Positions 34,201-45,273 of a stretch of 64,000 nucleotides of DNA are shown piece after piece. The first letter of the stretch is position 1. Every line of letters begins with the position of its first letter. A program made the translations under genes and the position numbers. The DNA comes from Nemertoderma westbladi (taxonomy: Eukaryota; Animalia; Xenacoelomorpha), in assembly GCA_032718475.1 (NCBI GenBank), contig JAUCBJ010006595.1, positions 38,927 through 102,926 of the forward strand, in the 5' to 3' direction. The notes under the pieces were generated by a model. That model was not told the DNA's origin, did no database searches, and worked only from the letters and a program-made list of their open reading frames with translations.

Positions 34201-36344
34201 GAGTTTCTACTTCACTAGCAGTATAGATGCGCGTAGGCTCCACACCTTGCGCATGAAATACTTCAGACCTAACAGGTTGACACATTGTTACAGAGGGTGG
34301 TGGTATACCCTTTTGTAGATTTACTAACTTATCGCGTTCTAACGCGATACGCTGCTGCACTTCCTGTAATTCTAACCTACTCTCTCTTACTGTTCCCCTT
34401 AACTGTTGAACAGTCCCCTCCAACTCTCGGACCTGTTGGGAGGAGCGAGCCTGATTCTCCTCCATCTGCCCGAGGAGAATATCCATCCCCCGCCGTCGCT
34501 CATCCACCCACTCAACCGCCGAAGCGGGAGCCGCCAACATAGTAGCGGGTAGACGAGGGATGATGGGCGACAAATTGTTAATGTCTCGCTCGGCGAGTTG
34601 ACTGAGGAACTGTCCCACCGGATACAGGTAGTTTAGTACTGTGCAAAGGGAATTTAGAGTTAGGTTCTGGAAGTACAGGGGTCTCTATCACAGAGGGAGT
34701 GGCTTCAAGAACAGGCCTAATTATTTCAGACTCATCCACTATAGTAGGGAGTCTTTCTACTCTAATACTTTGGTCAGTGGGTTCTGTACTACCTAAGTCT
34801 GCTCTAGCTAGTTGCCTTCTCACAGCTGGGGGCAAATTAGGCAATTTCTGATGGTGAGGCATTCTTCTACGTCTGTTGGAACGAGATCTATTTCCTCCGC
34901 CTTCAGGATCGGTGGTATCGCCTTCATCAGATGATGTAAATCCCTGTCTCTTGGGAGTAGATCGACTTATCATCTGCATCTGACTAGCTGTTATTTGTTT
35001 ATTTAGGTAATCTTGCTTCTCTTGAAGATTTTCCAACTCTAGTTGGGCTGTCTCTTCAGATGCCTTCCGTTTGGTTTCCGCCACTGCCAATGCGGCCTTT
35101 CTTTCAACCTCCACCGCTGCCGCTGCCGCTTTCCTTTTAGCTTCTACCGCTGCCGCTGCCGCTTCCTGTCTGTCTTCTATCTGTTTCTTCTTTACTTGTT
35201 CTTCTTGGACCCTAGCGATGCGGATGCGTTCATCAAATTTAGCTTGGTTTGCAGCTATCATTTCCGCGTCTATTGCGTCCAACACAAACTTGGCTCCTTC
35301 ACTATTAGGGCGAAGTCCAGCCAGCCATCTCTTCAACTCTTCGTCACCTAAAAATCGTTGATCGTCCGACAGATAGATGTCAATAGCGTCCTTCTTCTGA
35401 GGTTTCTCTAATGTAACCTCGCTTTCCACTTGAGAAAAGGCAGCGTCTGTTGATTCTCCGTGGGTCGAGCGCTCAGTTAGCTGAATTTTCCATTGGATCG
35501 TTCCTTGAACCTTGAGACTCACCCGTTGGAACCAAGTCTTGACAGCAACTTGCAACGACGTGTCTTGGGTTCTCTTCGAAGCTTCCTCAAATGCTGATAG
35601 GAGCAGTCTGATTCTTAGGATTCTTACTCGAACTTGATAAAGCAGCTCTCCCTGCTCTTGAGGTCCTTGATGTTGTTGAAACAGTTGTTCCTCTAATCGC
35701 TCTAAAGAGCTGAAGAATCCCTGTACATATCCTGCTGCCGACCTCTTCCAAACAGCTGGATCACTAGTATCCTTTGTCACTCCCATCCTGTATAAATATT
35801 CCCAGGCAGCTTCCGATAAGTTAAATGGGAGTCCGGGTCTGGGGAAGTTCCATTGCGTCTCGACAATAGACTTCAGTTCCTCCCTTGTGTATCCCGCATA
35901 ACTGTCCTTGGTCGATCGCTTACTTCTCGCCCAATCGATTTGGTGTTCCTCCACCACAATCAATACCCTAGTGAGTACGGCTGCCAGAAGAATGAGAAGG
36001 GGATCCGAATAAACCGCATCTGCCATCTTTGCTCCACGCTCGGGTGTCAACTCTACAGTATCTGAACTACTGGAGCTATCGGGCCGCTGAGAACTAAGTT
36101 CTCGGCTCGGTTGTGGCTGTAGTTTAACAGCTGCCTCTTGGCCCCGCTTAACTTGAGCCCGAGTGCCTATGATAGACCGACGGTGTTTGACTAGCCTAGG
36201 GTCTGATACTACTACTGGAGGGATGATCTTTCTTACAGTAGGAGGTGAGTTGAACTTCGGTCTCAAACGTTCCACACTCCTATCTGGGTCACAGATGGTT
36301 GTATCTAGGAGACTGTCTGACAGGTTTTGCTTTGTGTCAGACAT
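28279..36344 (-). pseudogene. Near-complete gag-pol of copy C (~2690 codons, three lesions)
   Basis: All domains are present, including RNase H (LHVFGDAS, PRAEL, YWTD, NPADIASRG) and integrase. Frameshift near 34600, stop at 32954 (Q in copy A), and one extra base in the G run near 32490-32496. Confidence 0.9.
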
Positions 36345-36479
36345 GTTTGTTTGTACAGTTGAATGCCTACTGCTATAATTACAGTTAAGGCAAGTCTAGT
36401 AATTAAGTATCAACTGTTAGCCTAGTAATTAATTACCGATATCGTTACTCTATGTAACGTGATATATGTACAATATATT

Positions 36480-36862
36480 AGAATACCGGTATACACTTAT
36501 AGTATATATAAGTATTATTACGGATAGGATATTAGGGTTCGTCACAGAATACCGGTATATAATTTCAGCGCAAATATATAGATATATAATAAGCCTAATG
36601 TAAATACCGGTATACAGCTTACACTTATAGTATATATAAGTATAATTATAAACTAGAATTAATTACAGAATACCGGTATATAATTTCAGCTTAAATTTAT
36701 AGAAATAAATATAATAAGCCTAACGTGAATACCGGTATACAGCTTACACTTATAGTATATATAAGTATAATTATAGACTAGAATTAATTACAGAATACCG
36801 GTATATAATTTCAGCTTAAATTTATAGAAATAAATATAATAAGCCTAACGTGAATACCGGTA
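36480..36862. repeat. Tandem repeats in the element 5' UTR, built around ATACCGGTA (125-bp period)
   Basis: ACCGG at 36606, 36731 and 36856 with near-identical intervening sequence. The related array in copy A is at ~315-600. Confidence 0.85.
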
Positions 36863-38387
36863 CGTCAATTATTTTAGAATAATTGAATTTCTGAATTTTA
36901 GGGTTACTTAGTTACTTTACTTCACTTTATTACCGTTATTTAAGCAGTAGTCCAACTGATATTAAGACCTAATTGTTGTATGACAGGCCTACTATTTTAT
37001 AAATCGGTTTGAGTTGATTTATAATATATATATACCCGTTTAATGGGTTTTGTTACAATATTTGAAATAAATGTTATTATTTCTGGGAAGGAGTTACTAC
37101 ACAGAAGCTGTACGCTCTCAGTGAAGTGCTACTTGTTGGACACTAAAACAAATAATTCTACTTGCCTAAGTTACTTATTACTACAAATTACGTACAATTA
37201 CGGGGTGAGATTACAATCTCTAAATAAACACAAAAAATTACACGTACGAATTTTTTAGGGTCAATTTTACAAGAAATCTTCAAACCAGCCTAACAGGGAG
37301 TTAGAATATCTGGTTATTACAAACGGACAAGATACTATGGTATATGAAAATAATAAAGCAGTAGTAAATTTATTGCGTTGTCTAGATAGGAAAATACCAC
37401 CGTCTGACGACTTATAGCCGTAGCGCTATAAGTACTACGTTATGTACCCGGAGTGTTCCTACCTAGAAGTTAATTACCGCAGCCTACCATAGCTAACGTG
37501 CCTATTAACCACTTTACAACACAAATATACTGCCCACACACTAATTACCTTCGGAAAGCACTGTACACTAAACCCTAAATTAGGTACAAGTACTTATACA
37601 ACAAATAACCAGCAGTTAAAAATACTTGTACAGCTAAAAGAACCACGGTATCTGCCGGAGTGACCAGAGCAGAAAATCACCAGTCTTTACCTACGCCAAA
37701 CAGTCCTGATGTAGTACCGGGGTTAATTTAACTATAACGGTATGTATAACAAGCACAATTACTGTAGGAATAAACTTGGGGTTGTGAATGTTGCGAATAA
37801 TCGCATATACTCTGAATAATAAATATTACGCTACCCGTACAGACTACACAAACAAAATACAGACCAAACGCTGGCAGACTACTATCAAGCCTAAATAAAC
37901 TATAGTATATGCAGACTCCGAAATGGTTAGTTAGTATGCGTTCTAACCGAGTAGTACGACTTATTCTTTCGGGGGGGGGATTTACCTTATAGCACTGGAT
38001 GCCCCCACGTTCCTAACTAGTACTTTATCGGACATACACTCTACACACACTGCAATCTCTTCAGACTTAACAACAGTCAGACAACAATCCAGCCTACAAA
38101 TTATTTATACAATCTGAGCAGGCTTACACGCCTTCTGCTCAATATTAACTTACAGGTAAATAAAACTGACAGAAATAAGTAAAATCTCAATAAAAAACCA
38201 GGGCTGCAGTCCCTGATTAAATATCAAGACCTACCGGTATATAATTATCAAATCGAATAATACTGATGTACCTGTACTGCTGTAAGTACCGGTTCGGGTG
38301 GTTAGGTAGTTAGGCCTACTGGTTACCGGTCGACCGGTACTTTTGCCTTTATTGCCTACGTTGCAATAAAGAAAGAATAACTGTTAT

Positions 38388-39553
38388 TGTTCACGCTTTT
38401 AGACCTTTAGCAGTTTAACCTGCCAATTTTAGGTGTCTTCTAGGTTATAAATCGACTTTAGCCTATAACAAGTATTTGATACACATAAAGTTACATTAGC
38501 CGAAGCCAGCCTATGCGCGATCATTCACCCACGGTTAAGGGAGACTGGATTCGGAAGCTCTGACCTTATTGCGGTGTAGACCTACTGTACTATTCGATTG
38601 ATCGTTAATATAATCTCTGACAAATATTATTCACTTTCGGGAAATATTAACAGTTCCTTTAGGACGTGGGGCTCTAAGTATGTAAACAGAGTTATGACTT
38701 ACACTAAACACAACGGGATGGCTAATGATTTTCGTATAAAGTGCATTCTTTAGGAAATGCTTTGTTATCTGTCACACTAATGCACACTACCGCACACTGC
38801 TGCACACTGATCTGCCGACCTTCACTAAATTTGATCATATATAAGGAGAATAGCAACCGACACATGTAGGGTCTATGAAATAGCATTCAATTCACTCCAA
38901 AACCACTATAATGTAAGTCGCAATTGCTATATGTAACCGGTCTCTCTAACCTTTAGTATATCAAGAAGATTGGGGTTTTTTGATTATTTATCGATATTCT
39001 CCAAATATAACAACATATCCATCAACTTCAAACAATTAATAACCGACAGTAAATAGCAGTAAAATAATGCGGTGAAAGGTTAGGTGAGTCTGGTATGCCA
39101 GGATAACAGTTATACGTTTCTATAATCAAAGCCGTTCTAATGTTTGGCTAAAGTCTGAAACACAGAATAATTCCAAAGCCGATGTTCTGGGCTCAGGAAA
39201 AAAGGTAAACAAAGACCATAATGCATTGCGCGATCTTCCGTAGGCTTCTGTACAAGATAAAATGAAAATCGCTCTGATTGGTCGAGTGAGCCTGAACAAA
39301 GAAAGCCAAAAGCTCCACATTGACATATCAGCTGATAGATGTCGTCATCTGAACTACACTGTATTAAGAGTATTTTGGCGCATTGCGGCATAAAATGGCT
39401 TGTTATGTCCGCTAAAGTACACATACAGAAAAATGGCTTTTTATGTCCACTAAAACACCTACACAGTAAGAAAACGGCTTTTTATGTCCGCTAAAATACC
39501 TACAGAGTACTTTGCGGGGAGAATGACTAGCTAGATCCGCAAAAGCCTTTACA
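38388..39553 (-). repeat. 5' LTR of copy C
   Basis: Minus strand reads TGTAAAGGCTTTT...AAAGCGTGAACA. Homologous to, but clearly diverged from, 21306-22459. Confidence 0.9.
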
Positions 39554-39842
39554 AAGTTCTTCCTAATAAAATTACAGTTTATTAAATATAAGAAATAATT
39601 GTATATTATTATTAAGAATCAGTGCATTAAGCGATATCGAAAGGGGTACATTGATTACACTTTGATTGCTTATTCCTATATGAACAGTGTGAGACTTGAT
39701 TTGATTTTGCAGGACTATATGCATGCAATATAAGCAGCCAGAAATTTGTATAGCAAATTATATTTATATTATATTTAATATATTTTAAGCAATATGCTCT
39801 TATGTCTATCACAACATTACAATCTTCAAGTTTACGAATATG

Positions 39843-40402
39843 TGACTGTTTATTGTTTTGGTTAGGAAATCCCGCCTCTGTAACCTACCCCTTTCCCTCA
39901 ATTAGTTAAATGATCGTTTATTGTTTTGGTTAGAAAATCCCGACTCTGTAAAATGCTCCTTTCCCTCAATTAGTTATAAGTGATCGTTTATTGTATTGGT
40001 TAGAAAATACCGGCTCTGTAACCTGCTCCTTTCCCTCAATTAGTTAATTAGTTAAGTGATCGTTTATTATTTTGGTTAGGAAATCACGCCTCTGTAACCT
40101 GCTCCTTTCTCTCAATTGGTAATTTTATCATTTATTGTTTTGGTTAGAAAAGACCACCTATGTAACCTGCTCCTTTCCTTCAGTTGGTAAAGTGATTGTT
40201 TATTGTTTTCGTTAGAAAATCCCGCTTATGTAACCTGCTCCTTTCCCTGATTTGGTAAAGTGACCGTTTATTGTTTTTGATATATATATTTGTTAGAAAG
40301 GCTAGTCTCTGTAACCTGCTCCTTTCCTTCATTTGGTAAAGTGACTGTTTATTGTTTTGGTTAGAAAATCCGGCCTTAACCTGCTCCTTTCCATCAATTG
40401 GT
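39843..40402. repeat. Degenerate tandem repeat, ~62-75-bp unit, about 8 copies
   Basis: Recurring GTTTATTGTTTTGGTTAGAAAATCCCG...TGTAACCTGCTCCTTTCCCTCAATT. Confidence 0.9.
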
Positions 40403-41869
40403 AATTGTTTTTGGCTATAAAATGAGTGTTTTGCTGTTATGTGGTAATCGATTATCGACAACAACCACAAACTATTAAATTTAGAGTCTTTTACCACAGG
40501 CGCATATGGAAATCTATCCCATACATGCCATAGTCTATAAATCATGGAATTTTGAATGTTTTGGCAAAGGCATAGTGAAACCAACTTTCCGACAGACCAG
40601 AAATCAACAAATTTTGAATGTTTTGGCATAGGCATGTTGAAATCAACTGTCTGACAGTCCAGAAATCAGCGGTCTGACAGTTTGAAGAAATACATACATA
40701 AAAAGGACAACAAAAGTCATTAAAGGGACAACAAAAGTCATTATGCACAATTCGTAAAAAATCACTGCCTTTTACAATTATTTGGCTTTGTTCTTTGTAG
40801 TTTCTGAGATATGTGTTTGATACAACAGTACAACCAATCTGCCAGTTATATTATATCTTATTTTCAATAACCGCCATTCATTCATCCATTCCTTAAATAT
40901 TGTTGTAAACTTAACACTCACTACACAGCTACAGCACTACAACGCAGTCAATATTAATAAATCTGGCTGGATCTTGCCACAACCAATAACAAGCCAATCT
41001 ATTAGCTCAACCTAAGACTCTAACAGGTCTAAGATAAATTGCTATGATCTGATGATGACCAGCTGAGTGCTGCCTACCACTTTGTGGAAGCCGCCTTGCA
41101 GAATATTAGTCAGTCCAGCAGTGAGGTTTTTATTGTTGGTCTAGTTAAAGACAGAACTCAAGAGTCTGTAGTCTGTGGGTTTCATGCATGGCAGCATGAC
41201 AGCATGGCCTGGCCAGTGGCCATGGAACCAAAATATTTTTGTCATCAGAAATTTTCAAAAAAACAAGCAATTGGCTGGCTCTTTTTTGTGATCAAAAACC
41301 TAAAAACCTAGTTCAGTAGTTTTAGGCTTTTTTCAAATTTTATGTTTTTGACAAAAATCGTCAAAAACCTAACAGCCTATGGCAGTATGCAGTAAGGTGT
41401 AAGGCCTTTGTCTGGCTGTTAGGGTTAGTCAGTTAGTGTTCAATTAGTGCTATACAGCTATAATTGGGGTTTCGGCCGCCACTACTGCACTATCAGACTG
41501 TCAGACTATTGTAACCTTGCTGCCTTGCGAGGCCCTCGAGTACCGTAAGAAAGTGGCGCATCTAGAGTTGTCTAGTGTGAATAGTGTGATATCCCCGTAC
41601 TGCAGTACTGACTGCATACAGCTGTACAGCGATAGGCATACAGCAGTAGGCCAACAGGGCCAAAGTACTGAAGTAGTACTGTAGTACATAATTGACCTAA
41701 TTTCAGTATTTCAAATCCATTGTATTGGAATCGATTTCGAACGAAATTGCAGCGAACTCGCTACCGGTACCAGTAGGCCTACAACTTCCAGTCCAGCTGC
41801 CCGGTATTGGTAATTTTTACCTTTATAAATCAGTAAATTGCACCGATATTGACTGATTGACGTGGCGTT

Positions 41870-43243
41870 ATGAGCCGTTTTGATAAAACATCATGTACCG
41901 GTAGCGACGATCGGCCAACGCACCTAGAAACGAAAATATCAATTGAACATGAGGCGTCATCAAGTTTTGAAACAACATCGATCATACCGGTGGTTTCTAC
42001 AATTATACCAACTATTATACCAATTAATTCTACAAGCATAATGAAACCCCTCAGTGCTCCTTCATCGATTCATTTACAGCGTCGCTTACTGTTATACAGA
42101 AGTGCTAGAGACAGGATTAATGCCCCTAAATCCTTTGAATCAGTGTTTAAAGTTAGTAAAAGTAAATGTTGCTACTGCGGAGCAACTTTAAAGAACCGGC
42201 GAGATTTACACAACCATCTGCAGGAACAGCACAGGGAGTATTTGCACAATTGCAGCGATTGTAAAAAGAGTTTTCCCACAATGATTAAGTTGAAACGACA
42301 TAGAATTATAGCCCATAAGACTAAAGTTTACGCCTGTACTAAGTGTTCCCAGGAGTTTAATCACAAAACCATCCTGGTACAACATCTAAAAACCGCTCAC
42401 CCAAAACCTCGCAAGATAAAGAAATCCGCAGCGGTGAACTGTCCAAAATGCGATAAAACATTCTCCAGCTCTCGAAATTTGCAACGCCACATTAGCGGAG
42501 TCCACAACGACGGATTCCATTTCCAGTGCGACCAGTGTCCGAAAGAGTTCGCAAAGAAACAGAATTTAAAATGTCACGTCCGGGCGTTTCATAACCAGTT
42601 GTATAAGTGCAATCTCTGCAATAAGTCATTGGGTAACTCTCGTAGTCTCCGAGGACATATCGACTCCGTTCATAAAAAAATCAAAAATTATGCCTGCCCG
42701 GAATGTCTAATACCGTTTGCGTTTAAAGCGCAAGTGAAGTCGCACATTGCCGCAGTCCATGAGAAAAGCGTTAAGTTGCCGTGCCCGCAGTGTGGCAAGA
42801 ATTTCACCACGAGAGGAAGTTTAAACCGCCATCTGAGGTGCATCCACGAGAAACCAGCGGAATCCAGACCGGAACAAACATGTCCGATTTGCGATAAAGT
42901 ATTCTCCGAGAAACACATTGTAACGCGTCATATCCGATTGGTTCACGAGAATATGTTCGCGTATAGTTGCTCTATTTGTGGGACCGAGAGATCTTACAAA
43001 GAGAAATCCCATCTGCGGCATCATATGGAGTCGGTTCACCAAGGTATACGGTACGAGTGCTCCTTGTGTTTCAAAGAGTTCACGACAAAAAGTCAACTAA
43101 AACAACATATTCGATCAGTTCACGAAGGTATTCGCCACAACTGCGAGTTTTGCAATAAAATATTTTGTATAAAGTCGGATCTCAACCACCATACAAGATC
43201 CGTACACGAGTACCAAGTGAAACCGTCAGGTCAGAGAGATTAA
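41870..43243 (+). CDS. C2H2 zinc-finger protein, about 12 fingers
   Basis: Tandem C-x2-C-x12-H-x4-H motifs (for example CPKCDKTFSSSRNLQRHISGVH) in an uninterrupted 457-aa ORF. The true start codon is uncertain. Confidence 0.9.
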   Translation: MSRFDKTSCTGSDDRPTHLETKISIEHEASSSFETTSIIPVVSTIIPTIIPINSTSIMKPLSAPSSIHLQRRLLLYRSARDRINAPKSFESVFKVSKSKCCYCGATLKNRRDLHNHLQEQHREYLHNCSDCKKSFPTMIKLKRHRIIAHKTKVYACTKCSQEFNHKTILVQHLKTAHPKPRKIKKSAAVNCPKCDKTFSSSRNLQRHISGVHNDGFHFQCDQCPKEFAKKQNLKCHVRAFHNQLYKCNLCNKSLGNSRSLRGHIDSVHKKIKNYACPECLIPFAFKAQVKSHIAAVHEKSVKLPCPQCGKNFTTRGSLNRHLRCIHEKPAESRPEQTCPICDKVFSEKHIVTRHIRLVHENMFAYSCSICGTERSYKEKSHLRHHMESVHQGIRYECSLCFKEFTTKSQLKQHIRSVHEGIRHNCEFCNKIFCIKSDLNHHTRSVHEYQVKPSGQRD

Positions 43244-44185
43244 TCGAAACGATGTTAATCTAATATTAATTATTAGAAATACATGAAATGTTGTAGATTA
43301 GCCTGTTTCGTTTTCTATAAATATATACCACCCACGGAAATATAAAATTATTGTTGATTATAGTAAATATTCACTGTTACTATGTAGTTTAGTAGTATTA
43401 GGTAAAATTAAAGAAGTAGTACATTGTTTGTTATGTTATAATTATAAATACTGTGGAATGTTATGTTTTCTATATATAAATAGTAAAACAATGTTACTTT
43501 AAAACTTTAACTCTTTGATTGTTAAGGTTAGAAATCTTGTGTTGCATGAGTAGAGTAGTTAGATTTGTTAGAATTTATATGTATAAAGATAATCTGAGAT
43601 CGGCAGTCTAATATTGCATGTGTTGTTATTCACTTCTGTCATTCACATTGATATCATTGAAAGCCGTGAATATCAAACCCCCAGTCATTTTGTACTGTAA
43701 GTGGTTTTAAAATATCAGCTAAGGCCTACTTATAACACTGTCTTTAATCTGACTTTTGTAATAGTTCTGGAATATCTAATTATTTAAATAAAAGTGATCC
43801 TGCGCCGTTACGAGATACTGAAACTTTTTGTTTTTTACGAAATATTTCAAAAAGTTGCCTGCTCTTGTATTGCTTTTATTGCATTTTACTTTTATGTCAG
43901 TATGAAGAATTTCACATTAATTTCCAGACCCATTGGAGGTTTTGAAATTATATATTTCGGAAAAACAATATATATATATAGATAATATATAATATAGATA
44001 TATATATTTATATATATATAGATAATTGCCCTTTCATTATTCTTCAACCGGCAGGTTTGCCAGTCACCATAAATACAGCTGGGATCACTCGAATAGTCGG
44101 GGAATTTCATTTTATATTGAAATGGCAGGGAATTATAATATAAAATGGACAATTCAGGGAAAAGTTAGTATATATAGGCCTATAT

Positions 44186-44980
44186 TAGTGTTGCAACGGT
44201 ATCCCGATCTCGAAAATCGAGATCCCGATGGAAAAATATCGGGATTTGCTATATCTGTCTGAGTTTATATGCCCTGCAGCTTACAATAACAAATAACAAA
44301 AACAAACATTTTAGTAAAAAGCCACAATTTGAGGATTTTGGGATGATTGAGTCAGGAAATGTAAGGAAATTCCCAAGACATTTTTCCGGAAGTCTCCTAT
44401 TTTATTAATTTATTATATAATGATGTTTACTTTTAATAGTAAATATTTACTATGGGTGAAGTATACTTTTCCTTTCCGAAAATTTCCTTGAAAAAACATT
44501 TTTCCGGAAAATTCACAACCCTATAGAGATTGATGAAGGATAGATTGATTTACATGATTTATAACTGAATTTATATCTGAAATGCATTCATTAAATATAT
44601 ACATACATGAATGCCTATCTTTATTATAAGTAATAGAAAGACTGCTTGTTGCTTGTTATTGAATATGATAAACATTTTTATGTGGCAGCGATTCGGTAAG
44701 ACTGCTGCCGATAACCGATATATTAAACATGTTGTAGAAATTATATTAAAAACTTATGTGAAATGAAATATGTACACGTGGGAAATTAACTACGTCTGTG
44801 AAACATTTGAAAAAAAAGTTTGTGGATATTTTTACATATCTAGGCATTTTTAGAACATGAGATTTATCGAAAGATTTTTTACTCGCTATAAAGATGGCAG
44901 GGCAGATACTGTGGCTATTTTAAGTTTCGAATGAGGGTTGCCTCAATAAAATTAAAAATCCCGATCCCGTTGCACCACTA
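44186..44980. mobile_element. Non-autonomous hAT-like DNA transposon
   Basis: TIRs TAGTGTTGCAACGG / CCGTTGCACCACTA, perfect 8-bp TSD GCCTATAT (44178-44185 and 44981-44988), and subterminal ATCCCGAT motifs. Confidence 0.85.
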
Positions 44981-45273
44981 GCCTATATATATATTACTGT
45001 TTGATACAAATCTTGGGATAGGAGTAGCGCCCACCACTACCTTCGGGTAGCAGCTATTATATATATTTTTATATACAAAAACTTTTTTTGGGATATAATA
45101 AAGCGGCCATGAATAAGATAAAAGGATTTTAGGGCATTATCGCCCCTTCCACCCCTACAGCCCCTGGGCCTTATTGCCCCCCTAGGAACTTATGGCCCCC
45201 CAAATGGTCCTTTATGGCCACTGTGACAAATATTAATTTTGAACGGGAGAAACGTTTAGGCTTAGTTAGCCAG

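Larger units (their letters stand above)
21306..39553 (-). mobile_element. BEL/Pao copy C, full-length layout (~18.2 kb)
   Basis: LTR, ~2-kb 5' UTR, gag-pol, spacer, ORF3, purine tract, LTR, all on the minus strand. No matching target-site duplication. Confidence 0.92.

Noticed and set aside
32483-34620. Programmed frameshift or readthrough between gag and pol
   Set aside because: The breaks in C are open in A and the breaks in A are open in C, so they are copy-specific lesions. The extra G near 32490 may be a homopolymer sequencing error.
574-36378. Short antisense and alternate-frame ORFs over the retroelements (for example 1112-1463, 5019-5606, 30938-31510)
   Set aside because: They are shadows of gag-pol or ORF3 codon structure and of Ala-rich repeats. 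Their recurrence follows from copy homology.
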